Shown piece by piece: positions 35,982 through 46,481 of a stretch of 64,000 nt of DNA. Every line of letters starts with the position of its first letter. Position 1 is the stretch's first letter. The position numbers were made by a program, and so were the translations under genes. This DNA comes from Minisyncoccota bacterium (GTDB lineage: Bacteria; Patescibacteriota; Minisyncoccia; JAHIHE01; JAGLIN01). The DNA lies in NCBI GenBank assembly GCA_041661265.1, contig JBAZUT010000008.1:1134-65133 (forward strand), given 5' to 3'. Below the pieces are notes generated by a model that saw only the letters and a program-made list of their open reading frames with translations, searched no databases and had not been told where the DNA came from.

Positions 35982-37280
35982 ATGAGAATTTCTATCTTTG
36001 GAACAGGTTATGTCGGATTGGTCACGGGTGCATGCCTGGCAGAGCTCGGGAACGATGTTGTCTGTTATGATATAAACGAAAAAAAGATCGGATTGCTGAA
36101 AAGCGGCAAGATCCCCATTCATGAACCGGAGCTCGAAAGTCTTGTAGCGAGAAATATCGGCGAAGGAAGGCTAAGCTTTACGCTGGATCCGAAGGAAGCC
36201 GTACGGAAAAGAGGAGCTATTTTCATCGCGGTCGGAACTCCCCAGAAAAAAAATGGAGGAGCGGATCTTTCTTATGTGGAGAATGCGGCGAGAACTATCG
36301 GCAAGAATCTTTCCGGATATGCCGTTATAGTCACGAAGAGCACTGTTCCTGTCGGCACGGGCCAAGGGATCAGAAAATTTATCAGAGAGCATTATGAAGA
36401 GGATTTTGACATTGTGTCCAATCCGGAATTTTTGAGGCAAGGAAGTGCGGTTTTCGATTTCATGAATCCGGAAAGGATCATTGTCGGAGCGAGTTCTGAC
36501 AGGTCCCAGAAAATAATAAACAGCCTCTATGATTCCTTTACATGCCCCATTTTGAACACGAATCTTGAAACTGCGGAAATGATAAAATATGCGAGTAATG
36601 CATTCCTTGCCACGAAGATATCGTTTGTGAATGAGATAGCAAATATCTGTGAAAGGGTCGGAGCGGACATCGAGGATGTTTCATATGCCATGGGTCTGGA
36701 TTCCCGGATCGGAAATAAATTCCTGAAGGCCGGGATCGGATATGGAGGAAGCTGTTTTCCAAAAGACGTGAAGGCCCTGCATAATATGGCCATGACGAAT
36801 AACTATGATTTCAAGCTTTTGAAATCCGTGATAAAGGTGAATAACGATCAGCGTCTTTTTGTTATGAGAAAAACGGAAAAACTTCTTGGAGATCTGGAAG
36901 GAAGAAGGATCTGTATCTGGGGGCTCACTTTCAAGCCGGATACCGATGATATCAGAGAATCGGCCGGAGTGGATCTTGTAAGGCTTTTTCATAAAAAGAA
37001 GACGATAATAAATGTATATGATCCAAAGGCCGACTATGACGTTGTGAGGGAAGTTTTGGGCGGAAAGATAAATATCGCATTCCATCGGGATAAATATGAA
37101 GCGGCAAGAGGATGCCATGCCCTTATCATCACAACGGAATGGGAGGAGTTCAAGTCTGCCGATCTCGAAAGAATTTCAGGATTGCTTTTTGAAGCGAATA
37201 TAATCGACGGGAGGAATATTTTCAAGGTTGATGACATGAAAAAAAGAGGATTTAATTATATTAGCGTAGGAAGATCGTGA
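35982..37280 (+). CDS. ugd: UDP-glucose 6-dehydrogenase
   Basis: MRISIFGTGYVGLVTGACLA Rossmann fold, and catalytic GGSCFPKDVKAL. Confidence 0.9.
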   Translation: MRISIFGTGYVGLVTGACLAELGNDVVCYDINEKKIGLLKSGKIPIHEPELESLVARNIGEGRLSFTLDPKEAVRKRGAIFIAVGTPQKKNGGADLSYVENAARTIGKNLSGYAVIVTKSTVPVGTGQGIRKFIREHYEEDFDIVSNPEFLRQGSAVFDFMNPERIIVGASSDRSQKIINSLYDSFTCPILNTNLETAEMIKYASNAFLATKISFVNEIANICERVGADIEDVSYAMGLDSRIGNKFLKAGIGYGGSCFPKDVKALHNMAMTNNYDFKLLKSVIKVNNDQRLFVMRKTEKLLGDLEGRRICIWGLTFKPDTDDIRESAGVDLVRLFHKKKTIINVYDPKADYDVVREVLGGKINIAFHRDKYEAARGCHALIITTEWEEFKSADLERISGLLFEANIIDGRNIFKVDDMKKRGFNYISVGRS

Positions 37281-38011
37281 AAAAAGAGAATTATGACCAA
37301 ATGAACAGATTCGAGCATCAATACTGGTGGCATGTCGGAAGAAGATTTATTTTTACAAGGCTGATAAGAAGATATGCAGCTTGTTTTAAAAATGATCTGT
37401 CGATCGTTGATGTCGGATGCGGAACGGGCGGAAATTTCGAGTTTCTGGAGAATTTCGGCCGCGTCCTTGGCGCCGACAACTCGACGTTTGCCGTTGAATA
37501 TTGCCGAAAAAAGGGCAAAACGGTCAAGCTTGTCAGTAAAGACGTGCTTCCGTTTCCGGACGGATCATGCGATCTCGTAACCGTTTTTGACGTCTTGGAG
37601 CATATCGAAAATGACGGAAGAATGATCGAGGAGTGCCGGCGCATACTCAAAAAGGGCGGAAAGATCGTGGCCGCCGTCCCCGCATATATGTCCATATGGT
37701 CCAGCCATGATGAGATCCTCGGGCATCGCCGAAGGTATTCAAAAAAGGAACTGTTAGGCAAGGTTGAGGAAAGGGGTTTCAGGACAATAAAAATAACACA
37801 CTGCATAACCTTTATGTTTCCGATCATTTTTGTTTTCAGGCTGATCAGCAAGAAATTTTCCAAGAGTAGTCGGACCAATAGCGCATATTTTATGCTTCCC
37901 GGCATTATCAACAGTTTGCTTGCTGCAATATTACGCGTTGAGTCCTGTCTTATTGATAAGATAGAAATGCCATTTGGCTGTTCGGTAGTTATCGTTGCTG
38001 AAAAGATCTGA
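37277..38011 (+). CDS. Class I SAM-dependent methyltransferase
   Basis: VDVGCGTGGN motif I; DLVTVFDVLEHI. Confidence 0.7.
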   Translation: MKKENYDQMNRFEHQYWWHVGRRFIFTRLIRRYAACFKNDLSIVDVGCGTGGNFEFLENFGRVLGADNSTFAVEYCRKKGKTVKLVSKDVLPFPDGSCDLVTVFDVLEHIENDGRMIEECRRILKKGGKIVAAVPAYMSIWSSHDEILGHRRRYSKKELLGKVEERGFRTIKITHCITFMFPIIFVFRLISKKFSKSSRTNSAYFMLPGIINSLLAAILRVESCLIDKIEMPFGCSVVIVAEKI

Positions 38012-38084
38012 TCTGTCAAAATAAGATAAAAGGATTCTGTGGTCGCGTCCGGCGTTGTGTTTCTCATAATTTCTTTTTCGTTTT

Positions 38085-39782
38085 ATGATGAATTATACCA
38101 AGGAACGGAAAGCAAGGGCATTGCTGGTCTCGATATTATTTGTCGCGATCTTCGCAAGATTTTTGTTCCTTTATGCCAGAGATGTTCCTGTTATTGCGGA
38201 TGCAGTCCTCTATGCCCAGTCCGGGAAAAACTTTATAGAGACCGGGCGGTATGCAACTTCAGGAGGCGATCTGGTGGATATTGTTTTTCCTCCCGGCTAT
38301 CCGATCGCCGTAGGATTAGCCGATCATTTTTTCAATAATCCCCTCTTTTCCCTCAGATTCGTATCTTTTGTCTTCGGGTCTTTGCTTGTGCATCTGTTCT
38401 ATCTTACCGGAAGGGAAATGAGCGGCGAGAAGGCCGGACTGTTCGCATCTTTTTTTGCCGCTACGAACTCCACTTTGATATTGTTTTCTCAGGAAGTTTA
38501 TTCCGAGTCCATGTTTTTTTTCTTCACTCTGCTTTCTTTTTATCTGTTTCTCAGGCTAAGTAAGGAACCCAAGAACAAAAATGCGGTTTTTTTCGGCTTC
38601 TCCATAGGCATGTCCTATCTTATCCGTCCAGAGGGACTGCTTTTAATGGTCCTGCCCTTTATTTTCTTATTGCGGATAATAAAGAAGTTTCAGTATGAAA
38701 TTTTATTACGCTTTCTTTTGGTCTTATTTGTCACATTTTTCGTGATGTTTCCGTATGTCTATTTTCTTTCGCAAAAGACCGGAAAGCCTGCCATTACCGC
38801 CAAAATGAGCACGAATCTGGCTGCCGGAATAAATTTCGACGGTGCGGATATGTCCCGTTTGAGCAGAGATCATTTTTTGCGGTATGAGGAAAATGAGGCG
38901 AATTATAATGAACAGACGAATGAATTGGATTATCCAAAAGAAGAGTTCAAAAATACCAGCATTCTGACCGTTCTTTTGGATAATAATTTCTCCGGAAGAT
39001 ATATTGCCGGATTCAGATCAGAGGCATATGCCTTGTCAGCCGATCATTGGGCGGGCATTCTCTTGCTGCCGATATTATTGGCTATCATTTATGCGGTCAG
39101 GGATCAGAAAAACAGAAAAAACATCCTTGTGCTTTCCATCCTGTCGGCCGAACTGCTCATAATGTTTCCGATATTCCACATTGAAAGCAGGTATCTCGCG
39201 CAGGTGCTGATATTTCTGATCCTGTTTGCTTCTTTGGGGTATGCCGGATATAAAGGTCCCGGAACCGAGTTGTTGCCAAGGAAATTCACCGTTTTCATAA
39301 AAAATTTGGTGATAGTCCTGATATCGTCAAGTTTTATATTATTTTTATATCTATCGTTCGTTACCAATGAGTTCGGGGGTTTCTGCAATTATGCTTTTTG
39401 CATCAATACCAATGTCCGTGACAGGTCATTTCCTCCCACTGAAAACAGCCTGGCATATGAATATAAAATTGCGGGAGAATATATTAAAAATAATTCAGAT
39501 AGCGGCGAGGGCGGCGGTCTTATCATGTCCAGACGGCCCGTCGAAGTTTCTTTTTACGCGGGTATGGACAGTTTGGGAATAACATTTCCCGATACCAGTG
39601 CGGAAAATGTGATAAAATTCGCTAAAGCCAACAATGTTAAATATATCATAGTGGACAAAAGATATCTTGGCGTAAGGAAAAACTATAAAGATTTGGCCAG
39701 TCTGCAAGATTTTTCGAACGACGTTTATCTTGTTTTTGAAGACAGCTCGGTATCTGACATTAAATTGTTCCAAGTCAAGTGA
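38085..39782 (+). CDS. ArnT/PMT-like (GT39/GT83-type) GT-C glycosyltransferase, paralog A
   Basis: PPGYPIAVGLADHFFNNPLFSLRFVSFVFGSLLVHLFYLTGREMSGEKAGLFASFFAATNS. Polytopic with a C-terminal soluble domain. Confidence 0.6.
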   Translation: MMNYTKERKARALLVSILFVAIFARFLFLYARDVPVIADAVLYAQSGKNFIETGRYATSGGDLVDIVFPPGYPIAVGLADHFFNNPLFSLRFVSFVFGSLLVHLFYLTGREMSGEKAGLFASFFAATNSTLILFSQEVYSESMFFFFTLLSFYLFLRLSKEPKNKNAVFFGFSIGMSYLIRPEGLLLMVLPFIFLLRIIKKFQYEILLRFLLVLFVTFFVMFPYVYFLSQKTGKPAITAKMSTNLAAGINFDGADMSRLSRDHFLRYEENEANYNEQTNELDYPKEEFKNTSILTVLLDNNFSGRYIAGFRSEAYALSADHWAGILLLPILLAIIYAVRDQKNRKNILVLSILSAELLIMFPIFHIESRYLAQVLIFLILFASLGYAGYKGPGTELLPRKFTVFIKNLVIVLISSSFILFLYLSFVTNEFGGFCNYAFCINTNVRDRSFPPTENSLAYEYKIAGEYIKNNSDSGEGGGLIMSRRPVEVSFYAGMDSLGITFPDTSAENVIKFAKANNVKYIIVDKRYLGVRKNYKDLASLQDFSNDVYLVFEDSSVSDIKLFQVK

Positions 39783-39797
39783 CGCAGGGCCTGCGTT

Positions 39798-41504
39798 GTG
39801 CTTGTGAGCTCGTTATCCGGGATGTTTTGTTTATTTAAGATCCGACAGATGCTGAAAAATATCAATAAAATCTGCAGAGGGAGCATTCCAGTGCTCCTGA
39901 TCCTGGCAATAGCTCTTTTTGCGAGGCTGGTTTTGTTCTTTCATGACGTAACCATAGATAATGACGGGATCGCATATGGACTTGCCGGAAAGAATCTGGT
40001 CGAAAGCGGAAAATATGAAGTTTACGGCGATCCATTGCTGATATATCCTCCCGTGTATCCCATAGCCATAGGGATAGTCGATCATTTTTCCGGTAACCTG
40101 CTTTTTTCCGGAAGGTTTGTTTCGCTGCTATTCGGGATGCTGCTGGTCTATGCATTTTATGCGTTTGGCAAGAAGCTTTATGGAAAGGAGGCGGGACTCT
40201 TTGCGTCTTTTTTCGCTGCAACGAATTATTCGCTGGTCGCATATTCGTCAGTGACCAGATCGGAAATGATATATTTATTCATCCTGGCACTTATTTTGTA
40301 TGTATATATTCTGCTGATCGAAAAATGCGAAGATGCCAAGGCGGCAGTTCTGGGATCGTTGATGGCAGCATTATATCTTACGAGGCCGGAAGGACTACTG
40401 ATGTGGATCTTGCCGATATTATTGTTTTATAAGCTTCTGAAAAAGACAAATATCTATGCGGCCCTGCGTTCTCTGGCTATTATTTTCTTATCGTTTATGA
40501 TAATTTCCGCCCCTTATATTTATTTTTTATATGAAAATACGGGAAGGGTGGAATTGACCGAGAAGACGAATTCCAATGTAATCCCGGCAGTGATCTTCGG
40601 AGGCAGTGCGATCGAGGATTTGAGCGGAGAGAAATGGCTGAAATATGAAAAAAGCAGAGATTATTATGACGAAGATACTAATACGATCATCGATTATAAG
40701 GAGTATTCCAATGGCGATGCGGTAAGTTATGTTTTAAAAAAACCGGACATTATTTTGAATAATTATGTACGGGGTATAAAGTCGGAAATCTCAATTTTAT
40801 TCATTGAACACGGGATCAGTCTCATACTCTTGCCGCTGCTGTTGTCTTTTTTGTTTCTGTTTAAAAAAACCAAGGAGAGGGAGAGTGTTGCTGTGTTGTT
40901 GTTAGTCGCAATCCTGTATCTGATGATAATACCGGTCTTCCATATTGAAAGCAGGTATATGCTGCAGGTACTTGTTTTTTTGATACTTATTTCTTCGCTG
41001 GGATATTCTTTCCGCACTGAGCGCGGAATTAAGGTCCTGGGTATAGAATTCAATGGCGGGGATTTTTTCCGTATTTTCAGAACGATAACATTGTTTCTTG
41101 TCATGATCCAATTTGCGTTTTCAATTGTTAATATTTATAAACAAGATGACGGCAAATTCTATCCATGGGAGTATAGGCTGGCCGGAGAATTCATTGGAAA
41201 ATATGATACTAAGGAAAACGGAGTTTTGATAATGTCCAGAAATAGTTACATAATCTCATACTATGCAAATGCCGGAAATAGCGGCATCAGAATGCCTTAT
41301 GCCGATGTCCCAAGTATCATCAGGTTTGCCAGGGAAAACAAAGCAAATTACATTGTAATTGATGAAAGGTTCCTTTCGGTGAGAGAGAATTACGACGAAC
41401 TTTGGAAATTAGATCGATTTTCAAATGATGCCGAACTTATTTTTGAAGACAGTTCCGTAATGCCGATCCGAATATTCAGATTTCGCGATGCAAATGAAAA
41501 TTAA
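39798..41504 (+). CDS. ArnT/PMT-like GT-C glycosyltransferase, paralog B (first ~400 nt identical to paralog C)
   Basis: Same family as paralog A. Likely start is the ATG at 39849 (MLKNINK). Confidence 0.6.
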   Translation: MLVSSLSGMFCLFKIRQMLKNINKICRGSIPVLLILAIALFARLVLFFHDVTIDNDGIAYGLAGKNLVESGKYEVYGDPLLIYPPVYPIAIGIVDHFSGNLLFSGRFVSLLFGMLLVYAFYAFGKKLYGKEAGLFASFFAATNYSLVAYSSVTRSEMIYLFILALILYVYILLIEKCEDAKAAVLGSLMAALYLTRPEGLLMWILPILLFYKLLKKTNIYAALRSLAIIFLSFMIISAPYIYFLYENTGRVELTEKTNSNVIPAVIFGGSAIEDLSGEKWLKYEKSRDYYDEDTNTIIDYKEYSNGDAVSYVLKKPDIILNNYVRGIKSEISILFIEHGISLILLPLLLSFLFLFKKTKERESVAVLLLVAILYLMIIPVFHIESRYMLQVLVFLILISSLGYSFRTERGIKVLGIEFNGGDFFRIFRTITLFLVMIQFAFSIVNIYKQDDGKFYPWEYRLAGEFIGKYDTKENGVLIMSRNSYIISYYANAGNSGIRMPYADVPSIIRFARENKANYIVIDERFLSVRENYDELWKLDRFSNDAELIFEDSSVMPIRIFRFRDANEN

Positions 41505-41566
41505 TTGTGATCGGAAGCGCTGCTTTTTGGGTAAATAACGATCCTTAATATATTTTTGTCCGACAG

Positions 41567-43210
41567 ATGCTGAAAAATATCAATAAAATCTGCAGAGGGA
41601 GCATTCCAGTGCTCCTGATCCTGGCAATAGCTCTTTTTGCGAGGCTGGTTTTGTTCTTTCATGACGTAACCATAGATAATGACGGGATCGCATATGGACT
41701 TGCCGGAAAGAATCTGGTCGAAAGCGGAAAATATGAAGTTTACGGCGATCCATTGCTGATATATCCTCCCGTGTATCCCATAGCCATAGGGATAGTCGAT
41801 CATTTTTCCGGTAACCTGCTTTTTTCCGGAAGGTTTGTTTCGCTGCTATTCGGGATGCTGCTGGTCTATGCATTTTATGCGTTTGGCAAGAAGCTTTATG
41901 GAAAGGAGGCGGGACTCTTTGCGTCTTTTTTCGCTGCAACGAATTATTCGCTGATTATATATTCTCAAGAAACACAGGCCGAGTCCATGTATTTGTTCTT
42001 TATACTGCTGACTTTCTACTTCTATCTGAAAATCACTGAGAAATACAAAAATAATTTTGCAATAGCCATGGGGTCGTCGACGGCTATTGCCTATCTGATC
42101 AGGCCGGAAGCGTTGCTTTTTTTAATTTTATCTTTGGTGTTTTTTATACAAAGAATGAGAGGCTTTGAACCCAAGAAAGCCGTTCTCGGATTTTTCCTTA
42201 TGCTCTTTTCTTTTCTTGCGGTTTCAACTCCCTATATTTATTTTCTTTATAAATATACCGGGAAAATATCCCTGACTGAAAAAGCAAGTTCAAATATTAT
42301 TCACGGAGTGATTTTCGATGGCATAGACAAGGAAAGATTGGGCGACGAAGAAGCTCGTTATTATGAAAGAAGCATAGCCTATTATGACGAAAGCACGAAT
42401 ATGATAAAGGATCCGTCGGAATTCAGAGAAATAAGCCTCGATAAGTCAATCTTGAATGATTCTGATAAGTTTATTCTTAAATATATAAGAAGTGTCAAAT
42501 CAGAGATCATGGTTTTGCTGGCTGATCATAGCGTAAATCTGATTCTGCTTCCTCTTCTTGTTACGTATATATATTTTATCAGGTCAAAAAAGGACAAAAA
42601 CAACATCGGAGTCATGTCCCTGATTTCCTTTTTATATTTTCTTATTTTGCCCTTTTTTCACATAGAGAGCAGATATTTGCTTCAAGTGCTGGTGTTTCTG
42701 ATCCTTCTTTCCTCTTTCGGATATGCCATGCGGAAAGACTTCAAGCTAAGTATATTGAGGCTGGAGCTGCCCAGTAAAATATTTTTTAGCTATATGAGGA
42801 TAATGATCCTATTCCTGGTTTCCCTGCAATTTGTTTTCTCTATTGTCTTGTTTTCCCTTTTTTCCAGAACCGAAGACTATCCATGGGAGTATAAGCTGGC
42901 CGGAGAATTTATAAAAAATGATCATCTGCAGGAGAAAGATGTTGTAATAATGTCAAGAAACAGGAGCATCGTTTCATATTATGCCAATACTGAGCATGGG
43001 GGGGTCAATATTCCATATACAGATGCTCTTAATGTCATTAAATTTGCCAAAGCAAACAAAGTAAATTATATTGTAATTGACAAAAGATTTTTGCAAATAA
43101 GAGAGAATTATGACGAACTGGCCGATCTCGACAGATATGCCGTAGGTATTAAATTGGTTTACGAAGATGATTCCGTTTATCCGGTGAGGGTTTTCAAGCT
43201 TTCTTATTAA
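41567..43210 (+). CDS. ArnT/PMT-like GT-C glycosyltransferase, paralog C
   Basis: N-terminal 133 aa identical to paralog B, remainder about 50% identical. Confidence 0.6.
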   Translation: MLKNINKICRGSIPVLLILAIALFARLVLFFHDVTIDNDGIAYGLAGKNLVESGKYEVYGDPLLIYPPVYPIAIGIVDHFSGNLLFSGRFVSLLFGMLLVYAFYAFGKKLYGKEAGLFASFFAATNYSLIIYSQETQAESMYLFFILLTFYFYLKITEKYKNNFAIAMGSSTAIAYLIRPEALLFLILSLVFFIQRMRGFEPKKAVLGFFLMLFSFLAVSTPYIYFLYKYTGKISLTEKASSNIIHGVIFDGIDKERLGDEEARYYERSIAYYDESTNMIKDPSEFREISLDKSILNDSDKFILKYIRSVKSEIMVLLADHSVNLILLPLLVTYIYFIRSKKDKNNIGVMSLISFLYFLILPFFHIESRYLLQVLVFLILLSSFGYAMRKDFKLSILRLELPSKIFFSYMRIMILFLVSLQFVFSIVLFSLFSRTEDYPWEYKLAGEFIKNDHLQEKDVVIMSRNRSIVSYYANTEHGGVNIPYTDALNVIKFAKANKVNYIVIDKRFLQIRENYDELADLDRYAVGIKLVYEDDSVYPVRVFKLSY

Positions 43211-43228
43211 GTGGTATAAATTAAAATA

Positions 43229-44179
43229 ATGAACGATATTGAGAAGGAAATATCCATAGTGATTCCCGCATATAATGAAGAGGAAAACATACCCTGTTTG
43301 ATCGGAGAAATATCACGTGTCATGAAGAGAATCACGAATAATTACGAAGTCATAGTGGTTGATGATGGGAGTTCGGACAGGACAACCGATGCCATCGAGA
43401 AACTGTTCAGGGGGGATCCCGAGCATGTCTCGGGAATACAATTCAGGTCCAATTTCGGCAAAGCTGAGGCCTTGAAAGCGGGATTTACCGCGGCACGGGG
43501 AGAAATAATAATTACGATGGATGCGGACCTTCAGGATGATCCGGCGGAAATACCGAATTTTATCGCGAAGATCAAAGGGGGTTATGATCTTGTTTCGGGA
43601 TGGAAGCAGAACAGAAAGGACACGTTTATAAAGAACAACAGTTCAAAATTTTTCAATTACATCACTTCTAAGTTCTCGAGGGTGAAGTTGCATGACTTCA
43701 ACTGCGGCTTTAAGGCATACAGAAAAGAAGTGGCCAAGGGGTTGGACCTTTATGGCCAGATGCATAGATATATTCCGGTCATGGCCAGGAATCAGGGTTA
43801 TGTCATCGGAGAGATCCCGGTTCATCACAGAAAGAGAAAATTCGGAAGATCGAAATATGGTCCGATCAGATTCATAAACGGCTACCTGGACCTTCTGACG
43901 GTTATGATGCTCACGAAATATTTCAAAAGGCCGGCACATTTCTTTGGCGGAATAGGATCTCTGGCTCTTGCAGCCGGAATTGCAATAGGTTTGTATATCA
44001 CCTATCTAAGGCTTGCCTATGGGAGCATACAATCGAGGCTTCCCCTTTTTATCGCGGGAATTCTGCTTATTATGGTAGGTTTTCAGTTCATTTCGCTCGG
44101 ATTGATCGGTGAAATGTTCGTGAAAAATTATGGAAGAGAGGATGATTCCTCCAAGATAAAAAAAATTATTAAAAAATGA
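43229..44179 (+). CDS. GT2 polyprenyl-phosphate glycosyltransferase (ArnC/DPM1-like) with C-terminal TM helices
   Basis: ISIVIPAYNEEENI...VVDDGSSDRT...DADLQDDP. Has a C-terminal membrane anchor. Confidence 0.8.
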   Translation: MNDIEKEISIVIPAYNEEENIPCLIGEISRVMKRITNNYEVIVVDDGSSDRTTDAIEKLFRGDPEHVSGIQFRSNFGKAEALKAGFTAARGEIIITMDADLQDDPAEIPNFIAKIKGGYDLVSGWKQNRKDTFIKNNSSKFFNYITSKFSRVKLHDFNCGFKAYRKEVAKGLDLYGQMHRYIPVMARNQGYVIGEIPVHHRKRKFGRSKYGPIRFINGYLDLLTVMMLTKYFKRPAHFFGGIGSLALAAGIAIGLYITYLRLAYGSIQSRLPLFIAGILLIMVGFQFISLGLIGEMFVKNYGREDDSSKIKKIIKK

Positions 44180-45318
44180 CAATGGAAGTTTGTTTTTTCG
44201 GGACATATGAAAAAGATTATCCCATGAACAGGGTTATCATAAAAGGCTTGAAGAAAAATGGCATTGCCGTGAAGGAATGCCATGTTTCTTTATGGGAGAA
44301 GCATAGAGATAAACATGGAAAATTCCTGACTATTGCATCGCTTGCAAGGTTTGCGATAGATATGCTTTTGGCCTATTTTAAGCTCGGAGCGAGATACTTT
44401 TCGACACACAGAAACTCGGATGCCGTTATTGTCGGATATATCGGCCAATTAGACATTATTTTTCTCAGATTTCTGACAATTTTCACCCGGAAAAAACCGA
44501 AAATAATATTCGTACCGCTTGTTTCGCTTTATGATACGGCGATCGTGGACAGGAATCTCTCGAAAGAAAAAGGATTTTTTGCCAAAGTCCTGTTTTTTAT
44601 CGACAAGCTGTCTTTCAGATCGGCGGACGTGATGATTATGGATACCGATGAGCATGTGAAATACATTTCTAGTCTTTTCAGTCTGGATGAAAATAAGCTG
44701 AAAAGAGTGTGGGTCGGAGCGGACGAGGATGTTTTTTATCCGATAGACGCGAAGGTCAATTCGGATAAATTCACAGCGCTGTTCTTTGGAAAATATATTC
44801 CGCTTCATGGGATTGAATATATCATAAAAGCGGCCAAGATGCTGGAAAATGACGGCGTGCGGATAAGAATGGTTGGAAACGGCCAATTATATGAAAAAAT
44901 GCTTGATTTAAGCAAAAAGTTGGGCGTAGTAAACGTTGATTTTGTCAAATGGATAGAGTATAATGAGTTATTGAATGAGATTGCGAAAGCGGACGTCGTT
45001 TTAGGTGTCTTCGGAGGTTCCAAAAAGGCTTCCAGGGTTATTCCGAACAAGGTTTTTCAGGCAATTGCATGCAGGAAGGCGGTAATTACGGGTGAGACGC
45101 CAGCTATAAGGGAGTTTTTTAAGGATAGGGAGGACATATTATTTTGTTTGAATAAAGATCCCAGATCGTTGGCGGAAAGCATATTGCTTCTTAGAAATAG
45201 CCCGGAATTGAAAAAAACTATCGAAGAGAATGCTTATTTGCTTTTTAAGGCAAATGCCGATTTGGAAAAAATAGGAATAGGTGTAAAAGAGACAATAATG
45301 TCCGTTTTGAATAAATAA
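44176..45318 (+). CDS. Glycosyltransferase, GT1/GT4-like
   Basis: The C-terminal half shows a GT-B nucleotide-sugar-binding pattern. Divergent. Confidence 0.5.
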   Translation: MTMEVCFFGTYEKDYPMNRVIIKGLKKNGIAVKECHVSLWEKHRDKHGKFLTIASLARFAIDMLLAYFKLGARYFSTHRNSDAVIVGYIGQLDIIFLRFLTIFTRKKPKIIFVPLVSLYDTAIVDRNLSKEKGFFAKVLFFIDKLSFRSADVMIMDTDEHVKYISSLFSLDENKLKRVWVGADEDVFYPIDAKVNSDKFTALFFGKYIPLHGIEYIIKAAKMLENDGVRIRMVGNGQLYEKMLDLSKKLGVVNVDFVKWIEYNELLNEIAKADVVLGVFGGSKKASRVIPNKVFQAIACRKAVITGETPAIREFFKDREDILFCLNKDPRSLAESILLLRNSPELKKTIEENAYLLFKANADLEKIGIGVKETIMSVLNK

Positions 45319-45333
45319 TATTTTTTCAACAGA

Positions 45334-46449
45334 ATGAAGATAGGAATTAATGTTGATAAACTTTCAAGGACGAATAAACGGGGCGTAAGCGTTTATATTT
45401 ATCAGATCTTGAAGGAATTGTCCGAGATTGATAATAAGAATGATTATATTTTATACTCAAGGCGTGATATCGGCGATAAGCCTTTTTTGAGCAATCCGAG
45501 ATTTTCATTAAGCCTGGTAAAATCAAATTTCGGCCTTCTTTATTGGACTTATTTTAAACTTCCAAAACAGGCTATTGAAGATAAGGTAGATATTTTTTTT
45601 TCACCTGCGCAAAACTATCCGTTTATTTTCATGAAACCGTATGGAATAAAGACCGTAACCAGCGTTCTTGATATTGCCTTCAGGATCTTTCCGAAGCACT
45701 TCAGGGCCGGGGATAAGATTGGTTTGGATATAAATACAAAAATTGCGGTCCGACGATCCGATAAGATAATTGCAATTTCGGAATCGACGAAAAGGGATAT
45801 TATCAAATATTACAAAACGGATGATGGAAAAATAGATGTAGTATATCTTGCGAGCAGAATGGGCGAGAAATGCCCGAAGTTGTGCGAAATTGATGTTCAT
45901 AATGCACTTAACATCAAAAAGTCTTACATCCTTTTTGTGGGAGCGATACAACCCAGGAAAAACATAATAAAACTCGTTGATGCTTTTGAAATCTGCAAGG
46001 ATAGAAATAGCGATATCGGCCTTGTCATTTGCGGAGAGAGAGGGTGGTTGTACCAGGAAATATTGGCGAGAATAAGCCGAAGCAGATATTCCAAAGACAT
46101 ATTTGTAACAGGCGGAGTAAGCGAGAAGGAGCTAAAAAGTATTTATTGCAAGGCATTAATGTTCGCACTCCCCTCTCTTTACGAAGGATTCGGAATTCCG
46201 GTTTTGGAGGCTATGAGTCTTGGGGTTCCGGTTATCGTACCCAATAACTCTTCTTTTCCCGAGCTCGTCGGTGATGCAGGGCTTTATGTGGACGAATATA
46301 ATGCGGAAGATATTGCAGACAAGATCAGCATGATAATGAGTGATCCCGGTCTCGGAACAGAATTAGCCAAAAAAGGAAAACTGAAAGCGAGAGAATTCAG
46401 CTGGAAAATAACCGCAAAAAAACATTTGGAGATATTTGAAAGTATTTAA
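45334..46449 (+). CDS. Glycosyltransferase family 4
   Basis: LFVGAIQPRKN...YEGFGIPVLEAMSLGVPVIV, with the E-X7-E motif region. Confidence 0.75.
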   Translation: MKIGINVDKLSRTNKRGVSVYIYQILKELSEIDNKNDYILYSRRDIGDKPFLSNPRFSLSLVKSNFGLLYWTYFKLPKQAIEDKVDIFFSPAQNYPFIFMKPYGIKTVTSVLDIAFRIFPKHFRAGDKIGLDINTKIAVRRSDKIIAISESTKRDIIKYYKTDDGKIDVVYLASRMGEKCPKLCEIDVHNALNIKKSYILFVGAIQPRKNIIKLVDAFEICKDRNSDIGLVICGERGWLYQEILARISRSRYSKDIFVTGGVSEKELKSIYCKALMFALPSLYEGFGIPVLEAMSLGVPVIVPNNSSFPELVGDAGLYVDEYNAEDIADKISMIMSDPGLGTELAKKGKLKAREFSWKITAKKHLEIFESI

Positions 46450-46481
46450 CGGCAGTTGTTAATAAGTAAAGATCCAAAACC

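Noticed and set aside
37318-38067. 249-aa minus-strand ORF antisense to the methyltransferase 37277-38011
   Set aside because: The plus strand has a clear SAM-binding motif I. The antisense ORF has no motif.
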